DNA of 64,000 nucleotides from Candidatus Bathyarchaeota archaeon (GTDB lineage Archaea > Thermoproteota > Bathyarchaeia > 40CM-2-53-6): positions 352,001 to 416,000 of the forward strand of contig CAWHWX010000016.1 in NCBI GenBank assembly GCA_963833125.1, written 5' to 3'. A program made the translations under genes and the position numbers. Below the pieces are notes generated by a model that was given only the letters and a program-made list of their open reading frames with translations, searched no databases and had not been told where the DNA came from. This document shows positions 1-10,865 of the stretch, piece after piece; the first letter of the stretch is position 1, and each line of letters begins with the position of its first letter.

Positions 1-337
1 TTGAGAGTGAGAACCAATCCTCTATTGTGGCCTCCGGCGCCGGACCGTAGTATTTCTCGTAAAGCGAGCTTTGGCCAGCCTTGACTCCAGTACCCTCATC
101 GAGTATCGATGCATGAGCCTCTATGTTCACACTCCCAACCCTCAGATAGACTCGCTTGTTACTAGTTATGTTTCGCATCCAGTCTGTAGTCGCGCCTTCA
201 TGACTGAGGTAAATCTTGCCGTTTGCAATTGCGAACCATAACTCAACTGTATGCGATTTTCCAGACTTTCTACCCACCGTAGTCAGGTAAGCGAGTTTTT
301 CCTTTTTGAGTGGTTCCAACCTTGTCACCTTGTTCAA
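1..337 (-). CDS. Deazaflavin (F420)-dependent nitroreductase/oxidoreductase family protein (DDN-like), 3' end runs off the window
   Basis: Not in the ORF track. Manual minus-strand translation gives LAYLTTVGRKSGKSHTVELWFA...DWMRNI, typical of split-barrel F420H2-dependent reductases. Confidence 0.75.
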   Translation of the reverse strand, partial: MNKVTRLEPLKKEKLAYLTTVGRKSGKSHTVELWFAIANGKIYLSHEGATTDWMRNITSNKRVYLRVGSVNIEAHASILDEGTGVKAGQSSLYEKYYGPAPEATIEDWFSLS

Positions 338-430
338 TTGTTAGATTCGTTCAGGGCTAAAAGCACGAGCCAATCGCGAGGATAGTCAATAAATATACTT
401 CAACATGGATGTCTTCTTGAGGATGATGGG

Positions 431-1082
431 TTGAAGGTTGGAATTTTGGGCACTGGCATGGTTGGAGCAACTCTTGGCACCAAACTCGTTCAGGTAGGGC
501 ACGAGGTAAGAATGGGATCTCGTTCGGCCAACAACGAGAAAGCTGCAGAGTGGGTTAAGGCAAACGGGGCAAAGGCCTCCCAAGGGACATTCGACGACGC
601 GGCGAGCTTCGGTGAAGTTGTCTTCAACTGCACCGCCGGAACAGCATCATTAGCCGCTCTAACCGCGGCGGGCGCAAAGAACCTCAAGGGTAAAGTTCTG
701 ATCGATGTTGCGAACCCACTTGACTTTTCGAAAGGAATGCCCCCAACCCTATCGGTATGCAATACAGATTCACTAGGCGAGCAGATACAGCGTGTCCTTC
801 CCCAACGTTAAGGTTGTGAAGGCGCTGAACACAATGAACTGTGTGTTGATGGTTGAGCCATCCCTTGTCCCTGGCGAACACGACGTGTTTGTCTGCGGAA
901 ATGACGCCCAAGCCAAGGATAGAGTGAAGGAGATTCTGAAATCGTTTGGGTGGAAATCAATAATCGACTTGGGCGACATAACTGCGGCGAGAGGAACCGA
1001 GATGGTGCTCCCCTTGTGGCTAAGGCTTATGGGTCTCTTTCAAAGTCCGAATTTCAACTTCAAGATTGCCCGGAAGTCTTAG
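431..1082 (+). CDS. NADPH-dependent F420 reductase-like oxidoreductase (F420_oxidored family); frameshift near 800
   Basis: GILGTGMVG Rossmann motif, DVANPLD and VVKALNT; ORFs 431-811 and 792-1082 join. Confidence 0.85.
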
Positions 1083-1149
1083 ACACAGTCAGCCGTAGAT
1101 GGGTCTAAAGTTTCATTAGCACGTAGACGCTCGATTACAATGATGTCGT

Positions 1150-1539
1150 ATGAGCAGTAGTAATGATGAGATCCTCGCGGAACTTAGAAAGATCAGAGAA
1201 CTTCTGACTCCAGCACCTCCACCAACGCCTCCGAAGGGCTTGAAGGAGGAATTCTTCGCATTCCTCGGAAAGGCGGGAGTACTAGGACTGGCGGTAGGCT
1301 TCATCATGGGCTCTTATGTTGGCCAGGTTGTTTCGGCTCTAGTTCAAGACCTTATCATGCCGATTCCAGGAGCGTTCATGCCTGGCGGCGACTGGCGCAA
1401 AGCTATAGTCTCCATTCCGATCGGGAATGGTATGCATTTCGCACTCGGAGATTTCGTGGGCGTAATAATCAACTTCATGATAGTAGTGATCGTCATATTC
1501 CTCATCGCGAGGTATGCAAGTAAGGCAGGGCTAAAATAG
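1150..1539 (+). CDS. mscL: Large-conductance mechanosensitive channel
   Basis: EFFAFL..GVLGLAVGFIMG..VSALVQDLIMP..GDFVGVIINF pattern. Confidence 0.85.
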   Translation: MSSSNDEILAELRKIRELLTPAPPPTPPKGLKEEFFAFLGKAGVLGLAVGFIMGSYVGQVVSALVQDLIMPIPGAFMPGGDWRKAIVSIPIGNGMHFALGDFVGVIINFMIVVIVIFLIARYASKAGLK

Positions 1540-1556
1540 AAGGTTCTCCACGCGGT

Positions 1557-3038
1557 TTACTTGGCTGGTTCGACTTTCCAGGCGGGTTTGATCCGTTTCG
1601 ACCTATAGATTCGCAACTTGATGTGGTTTATGACGTTGGCCAAATAGACTTCCCCTTGATGGTATGCTCTTTCAAGAATCGCCTGTCTAGACAAGTACTC
1701 ACGCTTGAGCAAAGCTATGTCCTTCTTGGGCGCGAAGAATCTGTATACCGGAAGACCAACAGCCAACAGTACTAGGGAAATGAGCACTTGCTGTGCATTC
1801 ACCTGGGTCATCAGAAGAATTGAAAAGCCAACACCGAAAATTATCACAAGCTTGTTGACGAGTGACCCGCTCGCCTTCGAAGAAGCCTTCTTTTCCAAAA
1901 AGTATGCTGAAACACATGTCGCGAAGTAGGCGAAAGAAAGTAGAAAGACTGAAGCGTTGATGAGAGCGGATAGGCTGTTTGTTAGGCTCGCGATAAACGC
2001 CGTTGAACAGAGAACGATTATGCTAATGTATGGGGTTTTGGTTGTTGGGTGTAATTTGCTAAACACTCTCGGTAACATGCCGTCCAATGACATGGCGAAA
2101 GCCAGCCTAGACGTTCCGATCGTTCCCGACTCATCCACGCCGAGAATCGATGCCAACGCGCCAAAAGTTAGAATCAAGCCACCGATTATCGCCAGGGTAG
2201 GCGAAAAGCTGAGCGCCTTGGCTGCGGCGAGGCTCAAAGGAGCAGTGGACGCGGCTAGTGTTGCCTGATCCACGATCGCCATCACGACAACGTTAGTAAT
2301 TATGTAGAATGCTGCAACAATCAACATGCCCAGAAACAGGGCCCTAGGCAATGTCTTTTTGGGATTCTCGATTTCGTCGGCTGGAAGAGTCGAGAGTTCG
2401 AAACCTGCATAAGCCCAGATAATCAAAACCAGCGCTTGCCCTACCCCAGAGATATTTCCGTTAAAGAACGGTTGGAAATGGGAAACGGCTAGGCTCGGTC
2501 GTAAGGCAATAACTCCTATCCCTAGGAGGATTAGGAAGAAGAGTGGCCCCAATTTGGCGATGGTAAGTACGTCGTTGAATTGCCCCGCTGTTTTGACACC
2601 GTAGATATTTGTTAGGATAATCGTAACCGTGAACGCTGCTTTCAGTAATGCCTGATACAAGGGAGGAACATTCGGGATCAACGTTAAGAAATATTGAACG
2701 AAGGCAACCGGGAAGACGGCGAGCGTGAACCATTCCGCGAGGAGAAGTGCCCATCCTACCATGAAGCCGGGGAATGGCCCTGCAACTTTCGTCGCATAAG
2801 CATAGGAGCCTCCGACCTTGGGCAGAATGGTTGCGCAGTATGCAAAGCAAAGGGCGATGACGATCGCGATAATCGCTCCCCCAAACCAGATGAGGATTGA
2901 AATAGGCCCTATGATTCGGGCGATAAGGGCAGGTATTACGAATATGTCCGCTCCGATTGCGGACCCAACCACGAGGCTTGTCGTGTCATAGGTGTTGAGC
3001 TGTCGGCGAAGAGAGACTTTTCGGCTCAACCCGGTCAT
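1557..3038 (-). CDS. APC-family amino acid permease
   Basis: About 12 TM segments, GSAIGADIF, GGSYAY, WAYAGFE and EIENPKK. Confidence 0.9.
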   Translation of the reverse strand: MTGLSRKVSLRRQLNTYDTTSLVVGSAIGADIFVIPALIARIIGPISILIWFGGAIIAIVIALCFAYCATILPKVGGSYAYATKVAGPFPGFMVGWALLLAEWFTLAVFPVAFVQYFLTLIPNVPPLYQALLKAAFTVTIILTNIYGVKTAGQFNDVLTIAKLGPLFFLILLGIGVIALRPSLAVSHFQPFFNGNISGVGQALVLIIWAYAGFELSTLPADEIENPKKTLPRALFLGMLIVAAFYIITNVVVMAIVDQATLAASTAPLSLAAAKALSFSPTLAIIGGLILTFGALASILGVDESGTIGTSRLAFAMSLDGMLPRVFSKLHPTTKTPYISIIVLCSTAFIASLTNSLSALINASVFLLSFAYFATCVSAYFLEKKASSKASGSLVNKLVIIFGVGFSILLMTQVNAQQVLISLVLLAVGLPVYRFFAPKKDIALLKREYLSRQAILERAYHQGEVYLANVINHIKLRIYRSKRIKPAWKVEPAK

Positions 3039-3056
3039 CCCGATATTTGTTGAGTA

Positions 3057-3503
3057 CTAGTTGTAGGCACTATAGATTGAAGGGTATCGTTGAATGAGAA
3101 TAAGGTTGAGTTTGAGAACGTTGACGTAAGGGTCGCCTGTTACCCAAAGCGTTCTCTCAATATTTGAATCCACGATCTGCCTCAGCGCATCTGAAGAAAT
3201 GCCGGTTGCTGCCTGTATTCTTGGTATTTGGGAGTAAGCATCTTGGAGAGTAATGTCTGGGTCAACTCCGGATGCTGAGGCGTTCCAAGGGTGGAAGAAC
3301 ATCGATGAGTTGAAGTTCTCTGCAACCAGAATAGAGCCAACATTTCGCCCATTCAACTGCACTAACTCCCCGTTCGCCTGATAGGGCATTAGGATCTGTG
3401 CGAGTCCGGTTACGACGATAGGAAACACTAGCCCGCACAATATGAGTGAGATTATCGCCATACTGACTAGAGGCAGATAGATGTCTTTTTTCAACTTCAA
3501 CAC
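3057..3503 (-). CDS. kdpC: K+-transporting ATPase subunit C (short form)
   Basis: N-terminal TM, QANG, SASGVDPDIT and VNVLKLN; downstream of kdpB. Confidence 0.9.
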   Translation of the reverse strand: MLKLKKDIYLPLVSMAIISLILCGLVFPIVVTGLAQILMPYQANGELVQLNGRNVGSILVAENFNSSMFFHPWNASASGVDPDITLQDAYSQIPRIQAATGISSDALRQIVDSNIERTLWVTGDPYVNVLKLNLILIQRYPSIYSAYN

Positions 3504-3505
3504 TC

Positions 3506-5641
3506 CTAGATGTGAATTGCAAGTATGAGTAGGTCTATGAGTTTGATGCCGACGAAAGGAACTATGACCCCACCCACGCCGTAGATCATCGTGTTCTTCA
3601 AGAAGAGGGTCATCGTGTCCGTTGGTTTGAACGAAACGCCCTTCATGGCTAGCGGAATTAGGAGGGGAATTATGATTGCGTTGAAAATCAACGCTGAGAG
3701 CACTGCAGTGTGAAGCCCAAGCCCAAGGATGTTTAAAGCGACGAGTTGCGGGACAACGGCGAACATCACAGGAACTATTGCGAAATACTTGGCCACATCG
3801 TTTGCTATACTGAACGTTGTTATCGCTCCTCGTGTCATCAAGAGCTGCTTTCCGAGCATCACTACCTCAATAATCTTCGATGGGTTCGATTCTAAGTCAA
3901 CCATGTTTGCAGCTTCTTTAGCTGCTTGTGTTCCCGAGTTCATGGCGAGTCCCACATCAGCAACCGCCAACGCGGGCGCATCATTTGTCCCATCGCCTAT
4001 CATGGCCACGATCCTGCTGTTAGCCTGTTCTTTGAGAACTATTCCGTGCTTGTCCTCGGGTTTCGCTTGAGGAACATATTCGTCGATTCCGACTTCGGAT
4101 GCTATACTTTTCGCAGTGAGAGGGTGGTCTCCAGTAATCATAACCGGCCGAATGCCCATCGCCTTGACATCCCGAATCTTCTCCTTTATCCCCTCCTTCA
4201 AAATGTCCCGTAACCGAATTATCCCAATTATTTCGCGATTCCTAATAATCGCAACCGGGCTGTCCCCCTCGGCTGAAATCTTGTTGATTGTCTCATCGAA
4301 ATCATCCGGGCATTTCTGAGCAATTTTCTTGATTGCGTCTGGAGCTCCTTTGATGATCTCAACCTCACCGGTTTCCACAGAGCTGTCCAAGGAGTCGGTG
4401 AACTTGCGCCTGAATCTGCTCCGTTCGTCACCACTGCCAGCCTTCGGCAACATGAAACCAGTGCCGATAGTGAACTTCACACCGCTTGTTCTAGTGGTTG
4501 CAGAGAACTCGTACGTCTCGGACAACGCTAAGGCGTTCAACTCTTTCGGTATCAAACCATGGTTGTAGGCCAGCCTGATTATGCTTCGGCCTTCCGGTGT
4601 GTCGTCATGCCAAGACGAGAGAAATGCTGCCTCTCCAACCTCCGTCTCTGTGTGATTTCCAAAAGGCATGAATTCTATGGCCTGTCTGCTTCCGACTGTT
4701 ATTGTACCCGTCTTGTCGAGAAGAATGGTGTCCGTATCGCCGGCAGTTTCGATGGCTCTACCCGATTTTGCAACAATCTTCCTAGCATACAGCCTAGACA
4801 TGCCAGAAAGCCCTATGGCGGGTAGTAGTGCTCCGATGGTCGTGGGTAGTAAGCATACGTAGAGTGCGATTAGGACTGAAAGGTCCGCTCCTAAACTCAA
4901 TACTACGGTTATTCCTAGTAGTGCGAAGATGATGATGGTGAATATCGCCGTCAGAGAAATCAGAACTATCACAACTGCCTGCTCGTTCGGAGTTTTAGGC
5001 CTCTTGGAGGCTTCCACCATCCGAATCATCTGGTTGATGTAGCTGTCCTCGGGGTTCACCGTCACTCTTGCGACGAGCGTATCGCTGATTAGCTTAGCTC
5101 CACCAATCAGCGGGTCGGTGGCAGCCTTCCTGACGGGGGTGGACTCGCCTGTGAGCAGGGATTCATCCACCATTGCAATTCCTTCAAGTACTTCGGAGTC
5201 TATTGGGATCATGTCGCCTTTCTCGAGCAGGATTTGGTCTCCCTTACGCAGTTTAGTTGAAGCGGTAAGAACGATTACACGCTCTTTGCTCTCCGATTGA
5301 ATTTTCTTGGCCATGACTTCCTTCTCCAGTTTCCTTAGACTGCTTGCTGTATTCTTCGCCTGTGTCTCTGCTAGCGAATCTGAAAGAGTACTGAACCAAA
5401 CGGTAACTAGCAGGATGATGGCTACTTCCACGTAGAAGATCGTCTCGCTGGGATTCGCGACGGGCAGAAATCCTTGGGGATAAATTGCCATCGCGGTCAC
5501 GATGAAGAATGTTATTTCTACTATGAACATGACCGGGTTCGAGATCAGGTGAATCGGGTTCAGGCGGACAATGGAGTCTACTAATGTCTTGCTGGATAAA
5601 CTGCTTAACAAAGAACCAGTCTTGTAATCATTAGATGTCAT
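3506..5641 (-). CDS. kdpB: K+-transporting ATPase subunit B
   Basis: NPVMF, TGES, DKTGT, GDGTND and TFSIANDVAKYF. Confidence 0.97.
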   Translation of the reverse strand: MTSNDYKTGSLLSSLSSKTLVDSIVRLNPIHLISNPVMFIVEITFFIVTAMAIYPQGFLPVANPSETIFYVEVAIILLVTVWFSTLSDSLAETQAKNTASSLRKLEKEVMAKKIQSESKERVIVLTASTKLRKGDQILLEKGDMIPIDSEVLEGIAMVDESLLTGESTPVRKAATDPLIGGAKLISDTLVARVTVNPEDSYINQMIRMVEASKRPKTPNEQAVVIVLISLTAIFTIIIFALLGITVVLSLGADLSVLIALYVCLLPTTIGALLPAIGLSGMSRLYARKIVAKSGRAIETAGDTDTILLDKTGTITVGSRQAIEFMPFGNHTETEVGEAAFLSSWHDDTPEGRSIIRLAYNHGLIPKELNALALSETYEFSATTRTSGVKFTIGTGFMLPKAGSGDERSRFRRKFTDSLDSSVETGEVEIIKGAPDAIKKIAQKCPDDFDETINKISAEGDSPVAIIRNREIIGIIRLRDILKEGIKEKIRDVKAMGIRPVMITGDHPLTAKSIASEVGIDEYVPQAKPEDKHGIVLKEQANSRIVAMIGDGTNDAPALAVADVGLAMNSGTQAAKEAANMVDLESNPSKIIEVVMLGKQLLMTRGAITTFSIANDVAKYFAIVPVMFAVVPQLVALNILGLGLHTAVLSALIFNAIIIPLLIPLAMKGVSFKPTDTMTLFLKNTMIYGVGGVIVPFVGIKLIDLLILAIHI

Positions 5642-5660
5642 TGATATTCAGCCACCATCT

Positions 5661-7316
5661 TCACCCGTATCCACTCATGTGGCCTTGGAACCAGGCAAGG
5701 ATTGGTCCGAGTGCGAGAAATGGGAAGAATGTCAACGCGACAAGTATTACAACACTCCCAATCAGCACGATTGAGAAGATTATGGTATCTGTCTTCAGAC
5801 CGATCTCTGCGTGCCTCTTCCTGCCGATCATCGAACCGGCAAGCGCAAACAGCAGACCAATTGGAGCGAATCGGCCTGCAAACATCACCGCCGCGGTTGA
5901 AAAGTTGAAGAAAAGTGTGTTTGCCGAGGCACCAAGAAAGTCAGAGCCGTTGTTAGCGGCGGCTGAAGTGAACTCATAGAGAATCTGAGTAAACCCCAGC
6001 GAATTTCCACTGACCCCTATCGCGTTTGCGGCTCCAGTCGCGTACGCCAGAACGGTGGGTATTAGGATGATTATTGGATGAATGAGAAATGTGACCATCA
6101 CCAGCAGGACGTCTCTTCCTGTAATCTTCATGCCGAGGTATTCGGGGGTTCTGCCTGACATGAGTCCAACGATGAATACGGTGATAATCACGTACATGAC
6201 CATGTACATCAATCCTACTCCTTTTCCGCCAGGAGTTGACTGAATGAGCATGCCCATGAAAGCGGCGAGAATGACAAGCGGGTGTACTGCGGCAAGAGAT
6301 GCGTTTACGGAACCCGTGGTTACCGCGGTAGTTACTACTGTCCAAAAGACCGAGAAGAACCCTCCAAACCTTGCTTCCATCCCCGGGCCGAATACTGGAT
6401 TCGGTACGAAGGCGATGGCAAGGTCAAGTACGAAGAGTCCGTAAGCCCCCCATAGTATCGGGCGGGTTTCCTTCCTCTTTCCAAGCATTTCTCCAAACAC
6501 GAAGCACATAACCGTGGGCATGAGCAGCATTAGAAGAATCTGAAGCACGTCCGTGGCAGGGTTTGGGTTTTGAAAGGGGTAAGCAGAGTTGGCGCCATAG
6601 TAACCGCCTCCGTTTGTCCCAATCTGCATTATAGAGACCAGGGATGCGACGGGCCCTACAAGAATCATCTGTGTTGCGCCCTCCACAGTCTTGACAGTAG
6701 TGTACCCGCTCAGAGTTTGGGGAGTGCCAAGCCAGACGAGAATCAGTGACGCAATTAGGCAGAATGGGAAAAGTACTCGTGTTAGAGATCTAACGAAGTC
6801 GACGTAGAAGTTGCCAAAGTCTTTCGCGCCAACGACAAAAGCCCTCACAAACGCGACGGCAGCACAGATTCCGGAGGCAGCTGAAGTGAATTGCAGAAAC
6901 TGTACTGCGCTCATTTGGCTAAGATAGGAAAGCGCGACTTCGCCGTTGTAATGTTGAAGGTTCGTATTTGTGGCAAAGGAGATGACCTGCATGAACGCTA
7001 GATCCCAGTTCAGGGCGGGAAATCCTTGTGGGTTTAGAGGAAGCTTGTCTTGAAACATGAATATGAAGAATGCAAGCGCCATTTGCACTATATTGAGGAG
7101 CAACAGTGAAAGGAAGTATTCTTTCCAGTTCATCGAACGATTCGGATTCACGCCCGCAAGTCTGTAAAGTGAGTTTTCGATGGGGTTTAGGATTCGGTCA
7201 AGTCGACTGGGCGAACGCGCAAAAACTCTTGCAACATAAGGTGCGATGAGTCGGCCTAACGCGATAGCGGCGCCTAGAATTAGGAATATGGTTGAGGCTT
7301 GAATGAGGTCAATCAA
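5661..7316 (-). CDS. kdpA: K+-transporting ATPase subunit A
   Basis: SFATNTNLQHY, GTNGGG, GRTPEYLG and SAAANNGS selectivity motifs. Confidence 0.97.
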   Translation of the reverse strand: MIDLIQASTIFLILGAAIALGRLIAPYVARVFARSPSRLDRILNPIENSLYRLAGVNPNRSMNWKEYFLSLLLLNIVQMALAFFIFMFQDKLPLNPQGFPALNWDLAFMQVISFATNTNLQHYNGEVALSYLSQMSAVQFLQFTSAASGICAAVAFVRAFVVGAKDFGNFYVDFVRSLTRVLFPFCLIASLILVWLGTPQTLSGYTTVKTVEGATQMILVGPVASLVSIMQIGTNGGGYYGANSAYPFQNPNPATDVLQILLMLLMPTVMCFVFGEMLGKRKETRPILWGAYGLFVLDLAIAFVPNPVFGPGMEARFGGFFSVFWTVVTTAVTTGSVNASLAAVHPLVILAAFMGMLIQSTPGGKGVGLMYMVMYVIITVFIVGLMSGRTPEYLGMKITGRDVLLVMVTFLIHPIIILIPTVLAYATGAANAIGVSGNSLGFTQILYEFTSAAANNGSDFLGASANTLFFNFSTAAVMFAGRFAPIGLLFALAGSMIGRKRHAEIGLKTDTIIFSIVLIGSVVILVALTFFPFLALGPILAWFQGHMSGYG

Positions 7317-7388
7317 ATTTGCTTACGTCCAAGCATATTCTTCCTAGTACGGATTGGCAAGGCATGCCTCGATGAAGCGGGTTAGTCG

Positions 7389-7685
7389 TTACTGTTGCGA
7401 CGGTTGGTTTACGACTGAATGGCCATTCTTGTGGCCTTTGTGTGCGTTCAATACGATTGATGTTACCGTGCTCTTTATGCCCTTTATCTTCAATAGCTTG
7501 TTCTTGAGAAAATCACGAAATTCCTCTATGTCCGCCGCTGAAACGAGCGTGACAATGTCGAACTCTCCGGTTACTTCGTAGATTTCTTCTACGTTAGCAA
7601 ATTGGTTAAGCGCTTTGACGACGTCGTCCAAGGTGGCCGACTCGCAAAAAATGTCTACAAAAGCTAGAAGACGTGCCAAGTTCAA
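7389..7685 (-). CDS. Lrp/AsnC ligand-binding-domain protein (no HTH)
   Basis: VEEIYEVTGEFDIV..IKGIKSTVT; co-oriented directly upstream of kdpA. Confidence 0.8.
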   Translation of the reverse strand: MNLARLLAFVDIFCESATLDDVVKALNQFANVEEIYEVTGEFDIVTLVSAADIEEFRDFLKNKLLKIKGIKSTVTSIVLNAHKGHKNGHSVVNQPSQQ

Positions 7686-8187
7686 TCATCGATCCTGGAC
7701 TCCACCGAGTTTCTTTTTTCCTCCACTCTCAGCAACATATTAAGCATTGCCGTGAATTCTGAAGCAGAACTTACTTCCCGGCCTCTTCTAACTTACTGCC
7801 CAGATAACTTCGCAATTTCTTACAACCGGGCACGATAGCGCATTAGATATTTTGTAAAGCAGTAGACTACTCACATCCTCTTTGATCGCGATTCAACTTC
7901 CGGTGCTCGCACCATTCGGAGTGCATACCAGAAATACTACCGTTGCCATCTACGCCGTACAAAGAATTGTTTTTGCTAGTCTCGTAGATGCTTCCCTCGA
8001 CGCAAAGGCATGCATTTTTCCTTGAACGGGTTTCAATGAAAATCAGCGTCTCTCCCTCACTTGGCTCAAGTTCACAAGGTTACCAGATGGGAAGGGTAGG
8101 GTTTGGTGGGGAATGATTCGCCCATACTGGTTATATACTCGTCTGTGGACTGTGGCAACTACAAGATGTAGTTGAGTTGGAAAAATC

Positions 8188-8475
8188 ATGAGTCAAACAA
8201 AATCTGCATACCTTCTCACTGTTGTCGGCGTCGCTGTAATGGCGATAACCGTGATTTTTGGTGCTGTTAGAGCGTTAATGTTCAGGGCGATGTTCCGTCC
8301 TGGAGGTTTCAACGGCACTGGTGGAGGACCTCCCGGGGGCTTTAGCGGAGGGCGCCAGTTTGGCGGCGGATTTGGGTTCGGTTTAACGAACTACGTAACC
8401 ATACTCGGCCTTGTAATCGTAATTATAGGCATCGTATGGCTAGGCCTAGCCCTCAGAAAAACTCCTAAGACTTGA
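8188..8475 (+). CDS. Small 2-TM membrane protein with Gly/Phe-rich loop
   Basis: Two hydrophobic helices flank GGFNGTGGGPPGGFSGG; TATA-like TTATATA upstream. Confidence 0.65.
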   Translation: MSQTKSAYLLTVVGVAVMAITVIFGAVRALMFRAMFRPGGFNGTGGGPPGGFSGGRQFGGGFGFGLTNYVTILGLVIVIIGIVWLGLALRKTPKT

Positions 8476-8539
8476 CGGAACTCAGAATGCATATCCTCTA
8501 GTTTCTAAAGTCAGTTTTGTCTTAATCTCGGTTTAGTGC

Positions 8540-8563
8540 GTAGACGCTTCTTATGGCGTCTAC
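8540..8563. terminator. Hairpin between convergent genes
   Basis: GTAGACGC-N8-GCGTCTAC perfect 8-bp stem. Confidence 0.35.
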
Positions 8564-8619
8564 TACTACTTTCCGGTTTCTCTGAGGAATACAAAAAGAG
8601 AAAGTATTGAACTTAGAAC

Positions 8620-9842
8620 CTAAGCGTAGGCTTCCTCGCCATGCTCACTGATGTCTAGACCCGTATCCTCTTCCCGTGCACTGACTCTGAGCGGGGTGAA
8701 ATGTCCTATCACTTTGAGTAGCACATAGGAGCCACAGAACGCGAACGCTGCGACGATGGCCACGGCCTCGCATTGAAGCAACAGTTGCATTGGGTTGCCG
8801 TAGAATAAGCCGTTAGGGCCGCCCGCGTTGATTAGGGTGGACGCGAAGAGCCCTGTTGCTATTGTTCCCCAGATTCCTCCGGCGCCATGGCAGGCGAAGA
8901 CATCAAGCGAATCATCTACTTTTGTTCTACCTCTCCAACTGGCAACGGTATTGCATAGCGCTCCAGCCACCAGGCCTATGATGATCGATGGCATCGGTCC
9001 GACATATCCTGAAGCAGGCGTAATTGCCACCAATCCGCAAACTGCTCCTGCACACATTCCAAGCGCAGACGGCTTGCCTTTCATCAACCAGTCTACCGTC
9101 ATCCAACTTACTGCTGCTGCGGCTGCTGCCAAGTTTGTTACGACAAGGGCGTTGACAGCGAGAGCATTCGCAGCTAGCGCGCTCCCGCGTTAAATCCGAA
9201 CCAACCGAACCATAGTATTGAAGCGCCGAGTATCACGTAGGGAATGTTCGCGGGTTTCATTTCCTTTTTCTTTTCGAGCCCTCGTCTCCTTCCGACGACC
9301 ATTGCAGCGGCTAGGGCTGAGATTCCAGCTGACGTGTGAACTACAAGCCCTCCGGCGAAGTCAATTACGCCCATGGATCTCAGAAATCCTCCAACTGCCC
9401 AGTTCCAGTGGGCTATGGGAGCGTAGATGAACGTGGTCCAAAGAATAACGTAGATCATTAACGCCTTGAACCGAATTCGTTCTGCAAAAGCTCCAATGAT
9501 TAGGGCAGGAGTAATTGCAGCAAATTTCAATTGAAAAGCGAAGTAGAGGAGTTCGGGAATTGTATTCGAGTATCCGGGGTTCGGGGCGGGGCCGACATTG
9601 TTCATGAATACGTCAGCTAGGCTACCGATGAAACCATTAACCGAGGGGCCCAACGCGAGGCTGTATCCCCAGAAAGCCCAAATTAGACTCACGACCGCGA
9701 AAATCGCAAAACATTGAGCGATCGTTGATACGAGGTTTTTTCTTCTAACAAAGCCACCGTAAAAGAATCCTAAGGCTGGCGTCATAATCATGACGAGGGC
9801 AGTAGCGGCGATGACCCACGCGACGTCTCCTGAATCAATCAA
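8620..9842 (-). CDS. amt: Ammonium transporter; frameshift near 9180
   Basis: DFAGGLVVH, WFGWFGFN, DDSLDVFACHG and HGEEAY; both conserved pore His present. Confidence 0.93.
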
Positions 9843-9964
9843 CCCTGCGAAATACCTCGAATCCGAGGAAGCTTTCGAGTGTGCTAATAGCTCTTTTCTA
9901 CATACTGGAAATTCATCTACAGAGCTCTATGCGCGTGACTTGAGCCGCAGGCCAAGCGCAGTAC

Positions 9965-10775
9965 TTGCTTTATCAGTCCTTTCCAGTAACAGAGCGCTCT
10001 GATGGTTTGAGCGGTGAATTCCGGGTGGGAGTAGATTCCGATAACAATGATTCTAATGGCCTGTCCCAGGAAACTTGGCGGAAAGTCATAGGGGCCATCG
10101 AAGAATCTATCCCACTCTACGACGAAGTCAACAATCTCATCTCGTTTGGTAAGGCGCAAGTAACCCGCAGGATCGCGATTCAAAGGCTACAACTGACAGA
10201 GGGAGTTTCAATTCTCGATGGCGGGATTGGGCCAGGAACGACGTCAAGGTTGATTGTGGAATCGGTTAAGCCGGGTTTGCTCGTAGGGTTGGATGGATCG
10301 GTGAAGCAGCTCAAGACCGCTAAAGCTAACTTAGATACACTTGATCCAAACAGATTGCAGGTTGTGAGAGGTTCGTTTGAATTTCTTCCATTCCTGCGAC
10401 AACACATTCCACGCTATCATAACCTGTTACGCACTGCGTGACAGCCTCCACCTCTCCAAATCCATCGCCGAGTACTATCGGGTCTGTGCCCAAAATGGAA
10501 TCTTCGCCGATGCGGACATAGGTAAACCTGAGAATCTCCTGAAAAGAGCGGGCAGCACCCTATACATAAGATACCTAATGCCAATTATCGCTCAAGCGAC
10601 GATTCTCGGCAAAATGAAGGGAAACCCTTGGCGGATGATAGGGCCTACGTACAAATCCTTGCCGACAAACCACGCTCTCCTGGTCCAGGTAAAGAGCAAA
10701 TTCCAGAGCGCCGACCTCAAGGAATTTTTGATGGGTGGCGCAATCGTAATAATTGGCCGAAAATCATCGACCTAA
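9965..10775 (+). CDS. UbiE/MenG-like class I SAM methyltransferase; frameshift near 10390, start uncertain
   Basis: YDEVNNLISFG, LDGGIGPG, LPF and YALRD. Confidence 0.75.
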
Positions 10776-10865
10776 GTGGAAGCGCCATGTTCTATATAGA
10801 TTACTAGTAATTGATAGAAAGCCGTTAAGTTTTGTCGGCTTGTAATTACTTCCAGGTCATGTAGC

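Noticed and set aside
7690-8180. Riboswitch, ncRNA or kdpF in the 500-bp intergenic region
   Set aside because: No recognisable conserved structure or hydrophobic mini-ORF; an Rfam/Infernal scan would be needed.
10800-10849. Palindromes ATTACTAGTAAT and GTAATTAC upstream of the respiratory operon
   Set aside because: No second copy was found in the window, so it is too weak to call an operator.
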